Assembly (NCBI GenBank): GCA_023480605.1
Contig: JAMCWS010000160.1
Coordinates: forward strand, 1-35,602
DNA from: a bacterium
Lineage (GTDB): Bacteria > Sumerlaeota > Sumerlaeia > MVZB01
DNA length: 35,602 bases
Direction: 5' to 3'
The position numbers and the translations under genes are program-made. The notes beneath the pieces were generated by a model. That model made no database searches. It had not been told where the DNA came from and was given only the letters and a program-made list of their open reading frames with translations. Shown in pieces: positions 1 to 8,074 of this stretch (the stretch's first letter is position 1; every line of letters begins with the position of its first letter).

Positions 1-409
1 CGACTTTGCCGTCGCGCGCGTCGATGCCGACGATCAGGCGCTCGCCGTGGGCGGCCGCCAGCGACTCGACCAGCCGGCGGTCGCGCAGGGCGCTCGTGCC
101 GAGGATGGCGTAATCGATGCCCAGTTCGAGGACGCGCTCGACGGCCCCGCGCGTGCGCAATCCGCCGCCCAGTTCGATGTCCATTTCGACGGCGGCGCGG
201 ATGGCGCGCACCGCTCCCAGGTTGGCCGGCTGGCCGCTGAATGCGCCGTCGAGGTCGACGACGTGAAGACGACGCGCGCCGGCGCGCTCGAAGGCGCGGG
301 CCACGGCCGCCGGGTCGTCGGAGTAAACCATGCGCTGGCGCGCCTCGCCGCGCGCCAGCCGCACGACCTGGCCGCTCATGAGATCGATGGCAGGTATGGG
401 CAGGAACAT
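1..409 (-). CDS. hisA: HisA ProFAR isomerase (partial, runs off window start)
   Basis: Not in the ORF track; translated by hand from ATG at 409: MFLPIPAIDLMSGQVVRLARG...LHVVDLDGA...IELGGGLR...AILGTSA...LIVGIDARDGKV, the canonical HisA motifs. Confidence 0.95.
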   Translation of the reverse strand, partial: MFLPIPAIDLMSGQVVRLARGEARQRMVYSDDPAAVARAFERAGARRLHVVDLDGAFSGQPANLGAVRAIRAAVEMDIELGGGLRTRGAVERVLELGIDYAILGTSALRDRRLVESLAAAHGERLIVGIDARDGKV

Positions 410-446
410 AAAGAGAATCCTTGCGATAACGCTATCACGCTCCCAT

Positions 447-629
447 TCGTGATCGTGATCGTGATCGTATTCGTGATCGTGATCGTAATCGATTTTTTTG
501 AGTTTGGACGAGGATCGTTCGATTGCGATTACGATCACGAGTCGACGGAAACGAATCTGGCCTCTTGCGTCACGCGGTTGGGTAACCGGAGCCTTTCGAT
601 CACGATCACGAATACGATCACGATCACGA
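447..629. repeat. TCGTGA hexamer-array inverted repeat element (REP/MITE-like)
   Basis: Hexamer tract 447-492. Perfect 33-bp inverted repeat between 453-485 and 597-629. A third inverted tract at 519-540, of which 526-540 pairs with 477-491. Confidence 0.9.
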
Positions 630-638
630 GATAACGCC

Positions 639-1262
639 TCAGTCGGCGATGATGACCAGGAAACGTTCGGGTTCCTCGCCGCGGCTGAAAGTGCGAAGGC
701 CATCCATCGTGCGCAGGTAATGGTGGAGATACTTGCGCTCGATGGCCGGCATCGGGTCCAGTTCGATTTCATTGCCGCTTTCGCGGGCGCGCTTGGCGGC
801 GCGGTCGGCCAGGCGCTCGAGTTTCTCGAAGGTGCGGCGGCGATAATCCTCGATGTCGATCACGACCATCGGCGCTTCGCGGCCGACTTTCAGGATCATG
901 CGGTTGACCAGGTATTGCAGGGCGTCAAGGTTCTGTCCGTCGCGCCCGATGAGGAGCGAGGCCGCCGATTTCGAAGCCACGCGGACGAAGATGATGCCGT
1001 GGCGTTCCTCGCTCTCGAGCTCTGCGTCGATGCCCAGGATGCCCAGGATGGTGCGGATGTGTTCCATGGCCCGTTCGGCCACGAACTCCGGCCGGATGCG
1101 CACGTGGACCTGAAGCTGCGGCTTGGCTCCCGGCAGGAGCGAATCCTCGGATTCGGAGGTTACTTCGTAAGTGACCGCCTCGCGGGGCAGGCGAAGCCGT
1201 TCCAGCGCTTCCTGGAGCGCCTCCTCTTCGCTGCTTCCCGCCACAATGATTTCGCCATGCAT
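639..1262 (-). CDS. jag: RNA-binding protein Jag/KhpB/EloR (Jag_N, KH, R3H)
   Basis: KH motif LLIGRDGQNLDALQYL, R3H motif ERKYLH, SRGEEPERFLVI tail; directly downstream of yidC. Confidence 0.95.
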   Translation of the reverse strand: MHGEIIVAGSSEEEALQEALERLRLPREAVTYEVTSESEDSLLPGAKPQLQVHVRIRPEFVAERAMEHIRTILGILGIDAELESEERHGIIFVRVASKSAASLLIGRDGQNLDALQYLVNRMILKVGREAPMVVIDIEDYRRRTFEKLERLADRAAKRARESGNEIELDPMPAIERKYLHHYLRTMDGLRTFSRGEEPERFLVIIAD

Positions 1263-1281
1263 TGGTGTCAGTCCTTCCGCC

Positions 1282-3195
1282 TTAGGCCTTGGCTTTTGCC
1301 GGCGTCGGCGATTGCGCTTCGCTCATTGGCGGTTTCTTGATGTGTTTGTTCACCCAGAACTGCTGCAATCCCTGCCAGATATTCGAGATGAGCCAATATA
1401 GCATGAGGCCCGCCTGAAAGCCATAGGTGATGATCAGGATGAAGATCGGCATGAAATAGACCATCATCCGCTGCATCTGCTGCTGCTGCTCGTCCGTGCT
1501 GGGGGTCATCCCCACCTTGCTCACGAGCACCTGCGTCACGGCCGTGATGATCGGCAGCAGGTTGAACTGGTTGCCGATGAGGGGCAGCGAGAAACTCATT
1601 GTGAATAACCGGTCGGGTTGCGAAAGATCCTGAACCCACAGGAAGCTGGCCCCGCGCAGATCGATCGATTGGTTGAGCAGGTTGTAGAGCGCGAAAAAGA
1701 TGGGCGCCTGAATCAACATCCACAGGCATCCCTTGAGCGAGCCCAGGGGATTGATGCCGTGCTCCTTGTAGAGCTTGAAGATCTCGGCCTGCTTGCGTTG
1801 GGGGTCGTCCTTGAATTTTTCGTTGAGCTTGTCGATGAGGGGCTTGATGCGCGCCTGCTCGGCCATTGCCTTGGCCTGGCTCTTCATCCCCTTCTGCACG
1901 AACGGGAAGGCCACGATCCGCACGAGTATCGTCAGCAGAATGATGGCCACGCCCCAACTGTGGAAGTAGACGTGGAACCACGTAAGGAGCGCCATGAGAC
2001 CCAGGCAGAGAGCCCGCATCCACCACCAGGAGTTGTAGAAGAGCACCCGGTCGAGGTCGTGGCCGGCCTGCTTGAGGATCGATTCCTGCTTGGGGCCGGC
2101 GAACCACTCGTAGTTCCAGGCCATTTTCTGGCCGGGCTTGATTGTGAAAGCCGGGCCATAGAGTTCGATCGACGGAAAATACTTTGCGTCTTTGCGGGCC
2201 AGCACCGTTTCGGGCAGATTGGCGCTGAGGAGCGCCTTGGCCGTCGTCACCTTGTCGCCGGGGGCGGGGATGAGGGTGGCGATGAAGAACTTGCTCTGCA
2301 CGCCGCCCCAGTCGATCGGGCTGCCCGTGAGCAGTTCGGTTTTTCCGGGGTCGCCGAGGTTGAAGTATTCGATCCGGTTGCCCAGTTTGAAGATCGTGTC
2401 GACGTATTCGCGCAGCGCGCGCCCGTTTTGCGGCGCCGGCCCCAGGCCAGGCCCCAGGGTGACCCCCAAGCCGGTGGCGCCGTCGTCGAATGTCAGGCTC
2501 GAGAGGCCGGTGTTGTGTAACTCGACGCTGAACGTGCCCATGTAGGACTTGGGATCGAAAAGGTATGTTTTCGTCATCACCAGTCCCGTGGGGGTGGGCT
2601 TGGAAGTAAAGCGCACGCCGACGCGCGGCCCTTCGCTGATCCGCTCTCCGGCGAAAATGCCACGGTTGAACTCGTTGTAGAACTGATTGGTAAATTGCTC
2701 GCGCAGCACCGTCTCGAAGGGGCGCGACATGAACGGGTTTTCGATTAGAGGCGTGTCGATCAGATGCTCGCGCGCGGGTGTGTTCTGGGTTTCCTCGGCG
2801 GGCGCCTGAGCCTGGCGGGCCTTGCGATCGATTTCGGCCGCCTTGATGAACCGTTTGTCGATGATGTCCCAACGGATGGGCACGCCGCCGCGCGCCGAAA
2901 AGGTGATTTCATAAACGTCGGTTTGCAGGGCGATTTCGGGGGCCGGCTCGGGCGCCTCGGGCGCTGCCGGCTCGGCGGCGGGCGTCGTTTCCGCCTGGCC
3001 GGGCGCCGCGGGGGGCTCGCCGGGGGCGGGAGCCTGGGCAAGCGTCGGGGTCGTCGCCTCCGGGGCGCCGGCGGTTTGGGCGGGAACCGGGGCCGGCCGC
3101 CGCGTGGGGGGCGGCGCCGTCAGCTTCATGTAATACATCGTCACATAGATGATGAGCAGGCTGACGACGAAGAAGATGAGTTGGCGTTTTTCCAT
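1282..3195 (-). CDS. yidC: Membrane protein insertase YidC
   Basis: N-terminal TM, Pro/Ala linker, periplasmic domain, WGVAIILLTILVR, YKEHGINPLG..GCL, FLWVQDLSQPD, GLMLYWLISN. Confidence 0.97.
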   Translation of the reverse strand: MEKRQLIFFVVSLLIIYVTMYYMKLTAPPPTRRPAPVPAQTAGAPEATTPTLAQAPAPGEPPAAPGQAETTPAAEPAAPEAPEPAPEIALQTDVYEITFSARGGVPIRWDIIDKRFIKAAEIDRKARQAQAPAEETQNTPAREHLIDTPLIENPFMSRPFETVLREQFTNQFYNEFNRGIFAGERISEGPRVGVRFTSKPTPTGLVMTKTYLFDPKSYMGTFSVELHNTGLSSLTFDDGATGLGVTLGPGLGPAPQNGRALREYVDTIFKLGNRIEYFNLGDPGKTELLTGSPIDWGGVQSKFFIATLIPAPGDKVTTAKALLSANLPETVLARKDAKYFPSIELYGPAFTIKPGQKMAWNYEWFAGPKQESILKQAGHDLDRVLFYNSWWWMRALCLGLMALLTWFHVYFHSWGVAIILLTILVRIVAFPFVQKGMKSQAKAMAEQARIKPLIDKLNEKFKDDPQRKQAEIFKLYKEHGINPLGSLKGCLWMLIQAPIFFALYNLLNQSIDLRGASFLWVQDLSQPDRLFTMSFSLPLIGNQFNLLPIITAVTQVLVSKVGMTPSTDEQQQQMQRMMVYFMPIFILIITYGFQAGLMLYWLISNIWQGLQQFWVNKHIKKPPMSEAQSPTPAKAKA

Positions 3196-3198
3196 GAG

Positions 3199-3507
3199 TT
3201 ACAGTTCAATTCGCTGGTCGTTGGCTGTCGTGTACGATTGGCCGCGGTCCGTATGAGGCGGCCGGCGCCGGGGCCCCGGCCCGCCGCATTTGTCGGGCAG
3301 CGGATCGTAACCTCCGGGATGCAGGGGATTGCAGCGCAGGATCCGCCAGGCGATCAGTCCCAGGGCCCGCCACCAGGGGCACCGGTCCAGCGCCTGAAGG
3401 GCATACTCGCCGCAACTGGGGTAGAACCGGCAACTGGGGGCCAGGCCGGGGGCGATGAACCGGTGCCAGACGATGACGGGCAGTTTAAGCACGCGGTTAA
3501 CGATCAT
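3199..3507 (-). CDS. yidD: Membrane protein insertion efficiency factor YidD
   Basis: CRFYPSCGEYA...RILRCNPLHPGGYDP; ATG at 3507 preferred (GGAGG upstream) over 3522. Confidence 0.93.
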   Translation of the reverse strand: MIVNRVLKLPVIVWHRFIAPGLAPSCRFYPSCGEYALQALDRCPWWRALGLIAWRILRCNPLHPGGYDPLPDKCGGPGPRRRPPHTDRGQSYTTANDQRIEL

Positions 3508-3931
3508 CTCCGGCCCCTCCATCCCTGACGTCGGTCGCGACGCCTTCCGGCGCCTCGCCGCCCCGCGCCTCGTCCATCGACGCGCCGAACCCGAGACGCC
3601 GCAGCGCGCCGTCGAGATCGCGGGCGAATTCTTCCCACCGGGCCTCGCCGGCCCCCGGCTTGAGATTCACGACGAAATCCCATCCGGCGGGCAGACGCTC
3701 GCTCCGGCGGCGGAAGAATTCGCGTGCCCGCCGGCGCAGACGGTTGCGTACGACGGCGCCCCCGGTTTTGCGGGTGGCCGTGATGCCCAGCCGCCACGGA
3801 CCGTCGTCGTCGCGCCGGCGGCAAAAGACAACCCCCAGGCGGCCATGCGCCCGCCGGCCGTTTTCATAAATGGACAGGAAAATGGGGCGCTTGAGGATGC
3901 GATGCGCGCGCGTGAAGCGTTGGTCTGCCAC
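3497..3931 (-). CDS. rnpA: Ribonuclease P protein component
   Basis: RLGITATRKTGGAVVRNRLRRRARE (RNR motif); between rpmH and yidD; start uncertain (GTG 3931 or TTG 3970). Confidence 0.93.
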   Translation of the reverse strand: MADQRFTRAHRILKRPIFLSIYENGRRAHGRLGVVFCRRRDDDGPWRLGITATRKTGGAVVRNRLRRRAREFFRRRSERLPAGWDFVVNLKPGAGEARWEEFARDLDGALRRLGFGASMDEARGGEAPEGVATDVRDGGAGDDR

Positions 3932-3966
3932 TGCCGGGATTGCCTTTGCCCCGCCGGGGCCGGCCG

Positions 3967-4107
3967 TCAAAGGCTGACGACGAGTCGCTTGCGCCCCTTG
4001 GCCCGCCGGCGGGCCAGCACCTGGCGGCCGTTCTTGGTGGCCATCCGGGTGCGGAAGCCGTGCTTGTTGATCCGTTTACGGCGGTGGGGCTGAAAAGTCC
4101 GTTTCAT
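3967..4107 (-). CDS. rpmH: 50S ribosomal protein L34
   Basis: [42 protein letters not shown]; ATG at 4107. Confidence 0.98.
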   Translation of the reverse strand: MKRTFQPHRRKRINKHGFRTRMATKNGRQVLARRRAKGRKRLVVSL

Positions 4108-4300
4108 GGGCTTGCCTTCCTGTCGATTATGGGCGCCGGCGTGCGCTTGGGCGTTGCGGCGGGCCACTCGGGTCCGGGGAATCCATTATTCCACGTTTGG
4201 GGTTCCGCGACAATCGCGCTCTGGCGGACCGTCCCGGCGGCCGCCCGGCGACCGATCCCGAGGCATGCCTCGGATCCGGCCCAGAGCGTGAACCATCCTT

Positions 4301-4328
4301 AGTATCGGAAGTGACCCCCCGATGTCAA
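4301..4328 (-). promoter_or_regulatory. Putative sigma70 promoter of the rpmH operon
   Basis: TTGACA (4328-4323), 16 nt, GATACT (4306-4301). Confidence 0.55.
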
Positions 4329-4503
4329 GCCAAAGGGGGCATTTTATCGTTGGGCCGGGGGGACGATTGGGCTATGGTGGATTCAGCCGCGCATGTCAAC
4401 CGCTGCCCACAGCACGCTTCGACCCGCTGATAGGACTGTCCCCGCGGCGCCCGCCGCCGATGCGGCCATCGAGTGACGACCGGATTCCGATCGGACCGAC
4501 CGC

Positions 4504-6972
4504 ATGAAGAAGGCGCTCCTATTCATACTGTTCGGTGCGACGCTCGTCCTGCCCGCGGGGGCCGCCGATGTCATCAAACTGGCCGCCGTCCATGTCAATT
4601 ACAAGGAAGGGATCGAAAAAGTCGCCGCGAATTACATGAAACTGCATCCCGGCGTGCGCGTCGAAACGGCCTTCGTCGCCAGCGACTACGACACCTACAT
4701 CCGGACGCAGTTTTCCGGCGGCCGGCAGATGGCCCCCGATCTCTATAACGGCAACTTCACCGCCTCCTACGGCGCCCAGGGACGTTGGGTGCCGCTCGAT
4801 GGCGTCCTTCGGCAGGTCAATCCCTACACGGGCAAGCCCTGGATCGACACGCTCGACGAGAACCTGATCAACCGCTACAAGCTGTTCGGCCACTTTTTCT
4901 ATATCCCGCTCGATTTCATCGAGATCGGCGTCTTTTACAACAAGGACGTCTTCGACCGCTACGGACTGAAACCACCGACGACGTGGGCGGAAATGATCGC
5001 CGTCTGCCGGCGGCTTAAAGCCGAGGGGATTACGCCGTTCTCGGTTCCTTCGGACCTGAACTCGATGTGGGTGCAACACATCGGCTGGCTGGCCCGCCTG
5101 ATGAGCGACGCCTATTTCCGCGACCTGACCCCGCTGCTGGCCTCGCGGCCGGGCGACTGGGATTACGACCCCGCGCGCAACGCCGGCTGGCGCCAGAACT
5201 TCGCCGATCCATATGACGACATGATGCTGATCGTTTCGAGCGAGCGCAAATTGATGGCCATCCGCGACGGCATCATCCGCTTCGACGGCCGGCGGATGCG
5301 AGCGATTTACGGCCGCCTCAAGGAATTCAGCCGTTATTGGCAACCGGGCTTCCTGGGCACCAAGCAGGATGCCAGCCATCGCCTATTCCTCAACCAGGAA
5401 GCGGCGATGGAGATCACCACCTCCTCGGCCGTGACGGCCTTGATGAAGGAAATGCGCGAACTCAAACCGCATTACCGGTTCGATTGGGGCGTCTTCGCCA
5501 TCCCGAACATCACCGGCGATCCGCTCTGCAAGGGAACGACCCGCGGCGTGGGCGGGGCGGGCGCGATGTTTACCGTCACGAAAAAAGACCTGCCCGACCA
5601 TGAGAAACGCGTCATCGACTTCCTGCAATACCTGACCACGCCGGCTTCGATGCAATTGATCATCGACGAAACGCTGCGCCGCCAGCGCCCCCTGACCGGC
5701 CCGCCGGTCATCAAGGGTGTCAAGCTGCCCCCGGACCTGGAAGCCCGGTTCGCGCCCTTCCTCGGCCTCGGCTATGAGAAAGTTCCCCTGGTGGGCATGG
5801 ACAACGACCAGGAAAGCAATTTTCAATGGGCCGCCGCCTTGCAGGATTATCTGGGCAATCGGATTGACCTGGACACCTTCCTGCGGCGCTACGCGGCCCT
5901 GATGAAGGAAGCGCTGCCGCGCTCTCTCGCGGCGTCCTATTCCGACATGGACCCCACAACCAACGACGTCGAGCGCGTGCGTGGGCGGATCAAACTCTGG
6001 GCGCAGCCGGTCCTCAGCGGCACGGTCGTCGTCGCCGGGCTGATGCTCCTTTTCATGGCGTTTCTGGCGGTCGGTTACGCCCGAACCCCCCGCGGTCTGC
6101 CGCGCCGTTACACCCGCACGGCCTACCTGCTGCTGGCGCCCACGTTCATGCTGGTCATTCTTTTTCTATATTACCCGGCCCTTTCGGGCCTGATGTCGGC
6201 CTTCACGCGCTGGGAAGAGGGCGAACCGCAGGTCTTCAACGGCCTGGAAAACTTCCGCCGCATGGCCCACGACCCGTACGTCCGCGACGGGGCGGTCAAC
6301 CAGGTCCTCATCCTCCTGTGCAACCTGTTGAAGGCGACGGTGGTGCCGTTCGCCGTGGCCGAGCTGATCGTCGCCCTGAAAAACAGGCGCTTCCAGTACT
6401 TCTTCCGCACGGCCTACCTGATCCCGATGATCGTGCCCGGCATGGTGACGCTACTCATTTGGGGGCTGGTTTACGACCCGCAGATGGGAATCCTGAACCA
6501 CCTGCTTTCGGCGGTGGGTCTTGGCAACCTGCGGCGGGCCTGGCTGGGCGAGTTCGGCCTGGCCCTGCCCTCGATCATCTTCATCGGCTTTCCGTGGATC
6601 GGCGCCTTCGGCCTGCTGATCTATCTGGCGGGGCTGATGAACATTCCGCAGTCAATCATCGACTCGGCGCGGATGGATTGCCGCGGCGCCTGGCAACGCA
6701 TCCGCCACATCGACATCCCGATCGTGCGCGGCCAGACGCGCCTGCTCGTTATCCTGACGTTGATCGGCAGCCTGCAGGATTTCCAGACGATCCTCATCTT
6801 GACCGACGGCGGCCCGAGCACGGGAACCATGGTTCCCTCGCTGCGGATGTACCACTGCGCTTTCCGCTTTTCGCACTTCGGCTACGGCGCGGCCATCGGC
6901 TTCGCCCTGTTCCTGGTGATCCTGGCCTTGACGATTCTGAATTACCGGTATCTCAAGACGGTGGAGCAGTAG
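4504..6972 (+). CDS. Fused carbohydrate ABC solute-binding protein plus MalF/UgpA-type permease
   Basis: Signal peptide; family-1 SBP features (GVFYNKDVFDRYGLKPPTTWAEM); permease half (AYLLLAPTF, FNGLENF, IYLAGLMNIPQSIIDSARMD, TDGGP, GYGAAIG) in one frame. Confidence 0.9.
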   Translation: MKKALLFILFGATLVLPAGAADVIKLAAVHVNYKEGIEKVAANYMKLHPGVRVETAFVASDYDTYIRTQFSGGRQMAPDLYNGNFTASYGAQGRWVPLDGVLRQVNPYTGKPWIDTLDENLINRYKLFGHFFYIPLDFIEIGVFYNKDVFDRYGLKPPTTWAEMIAVCRRLKAEGITPFSVPSDLNSMWVQHIGWLARLMSDAYFRDLTPLLASRPGDWDYDPARNAGWRQNFADPYDDMMLIVSSERKLMAIRDGIIRFDGRRMRAIYGRLKEFSRYWQPGFLGTKQDASHRLFLNQEAAMEITTSSAVTALMKEMRELKPHYRFDWGVFAIPNITGDPLCKGTTRGVGGAGAMFTVTKKDLPDHEKRVIDFLQYLTTPASMQLIIDETLRRQRPLTGPPVIKGVKLPPDLEARFAPFLGLGYEKVPLVGMDNDQESNFQWAAALQDYLGNRIDLDTFLRRYAALMKEALPRSLAASYSDMDPTTNDVERVRGRIKLWAQPVLSGTVVVAGLMLLFMAFLAVGYARTPRGLPRRYTRTAYLLLAPTFMLVILFLYYPALSGLMSAFTRWEEGEPQVFNGLENFRRMAHDPYVRDGAVNQVLILLCNLLKATVVPFAVAELIVALKNRRFQYFFRTAYLIPMIVPGMVTLLIWGLVYDPQMGILNHLLSAVGLGNLRRAWLGEFGLALPSIIFIGFPWIGAFGLLIYLAGLMNIPQSIIDSARMDCRGAWQRIRHIDIPIVRGQTRLLVILTLIGSLQDFQTILILTDGGPSTGTMVPSLRMYHCAFRFSHFGYGAAIGFALFLVILALTILNYRYLKTVEQ

Positions 6973-6981
6973 GCGATTCCC

Positions 6982-7833
6982 ATGAAACAAGCCGCGATTC
7001 TATCCCTGCTGACCGTGTTGCTGGCCGTGACGCTCATACCCTTCTACGCGACCCTGACGCTTTCGCATAAAACCAACGCCGAAATCCTCACCGAGTTCTG
7101 GGCGTGGCCTACTCAAGCCCACTGGAAGGATTACTACGGCGACGCCATCCGGACGCTGGGACCTTACATGCGCAACAGCATCATCGTCTCGTGCGTGTCG
7201 GTGCTGGGGGTGCTGGCGCTGGCTTCGCTGTCGGGATACGTCTTCGCGCGGATGCGATTCACGGGCAAGGGCGCGCTCTACATGATGCTGCTGTCGCTCA
7301 TGATGATCCCCGGCATCCTGACGTTGATCCCGGCGTTCAACTGGGTCAAGGGATTCCCGCTGGCGGGGGGAAACGACTGGCTGGGCCGCGGCGGCAGCGG
7401 CCTGCTCGACACCTGGTGGGTGCTCTGGCTGCCTTATTGGGCGGGGGGGCAGATTTTCGGCATCCTTTTGTGCCGCACCTTTTTCGAGACGCTGCCCGAA
7501 GAACTGTTCGAGGCGGCCCGGATCGACGGCGCCAGCGACCTGTTTCTCTATCGGTCCATCGCCGTGCCGCTCTCGCTGCCGATCCTGGCCACCCTGGCGA
7601 TCATGAATTTTTTCGGCACTTACAACGATTACGTCTGGCCGTTGGTGACCCTTTCCACCCCGGCGCGGCAGGTTTTCTCGATCGGCGTCACCAAGTTCGG
7701 CTTCGAAGGCAACCTGGACCTGGGGGCGGTGATGGCCGGTTACGTGGTCGGCTCGATCCCGCTGCTGATTCTTTTCGGCGTCGGCATGAAATATTACGTC
7801 CAGGGCCTTACCAGCGGCGCGCTCAAAGCCTGA
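6982..7833 (+). CDS. Carbohydrate ABC transporter permease (MalG/UgpE type)
   Basis: EAA loop LPEELFEAARIDGAS, NDYVWPLV, C-terminal GLTSGALKA. Confidence 0.95.
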   Translation: MKQAAILSLLTVLLAVTLIPFYATLTLSHKTNAEILTEFWAWPTQAHWKDYYGDAIRTLGPYMRNSIIVSCVSVLGVLALASLSGYVFARMRFTGKGALYMMLLSLMMIPGILTLIPAFNWVKGFPLAGGNDWLGRGGSGLLDTWWVLWLPYWAGGQIFGILLCRTFFETLPEELFEAARIDGASDLFLYRSIAVPLSLPILATLAIMNFFGTYNDYVWPLVTLSTPARQVFSIGVTKFGFEGNLDLGAVMAGYVVGSIPLLILFGVGMKYYVQGLTSGALKA

Positions 7834-7863
7834 GCGGCGGGGCGGCCGGACCGCACCCGCCGC
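7834..7863 (+). terminator. GC-rich hairpin after the ABC operon (no U tract)
   Basis: GCGGCGGG-GCGG/CCGGA/CCGC-A-CCCGCCGC immediately after the TGA stop. Confidence 0.4.
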
Positions 7864-8074
7864 GCCTCAATCGTTGATCGCCGATGAGCCGGCTTATTCC
7901 GACGGCGAATCCGGCAGCCGTTATCGATTCAATAACTGGCGCCACGCGGCGGTCCGCGAAGAGCGCGTGATGAAAAACAAAGTAGAAAGCGGCAATATTT
8001 TCAAGCCCACGTATGCGCATAATCACGGGGATTTTTTCCGGTCATCCGCATGGACTTTCCATCGATGGCGCGGC

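Noticed and set aside
447-629. Possible CRISPR array
   Set aside because: Repeats are tandem hexamers in inverted orientation, with no repeat-spacer periodicity and no cas genes
47-634. 195-aa ORF with VIVIV/ITITN stretches
   Set aside because: Antisense to hisA plus translation of the hexamer repeat
1268-2872. 534-aa Arg-rich minus-strand ORF
   Set aside because: Alternate frame within yidC, typical of GC-rich DNA
4186-4195. DnaA box / oriC upstream of rpmH
   Set aside because: Only one mismatched TTATTCCACG; no box cluster, AT-rich unwinding element or dnaA
8012-8040. dif-like site (TGCGCATAAT resembles the XerC arm)
   Set aside because: No XerD arm (TTATGTTAAAT-like) after the 6-bp spacer
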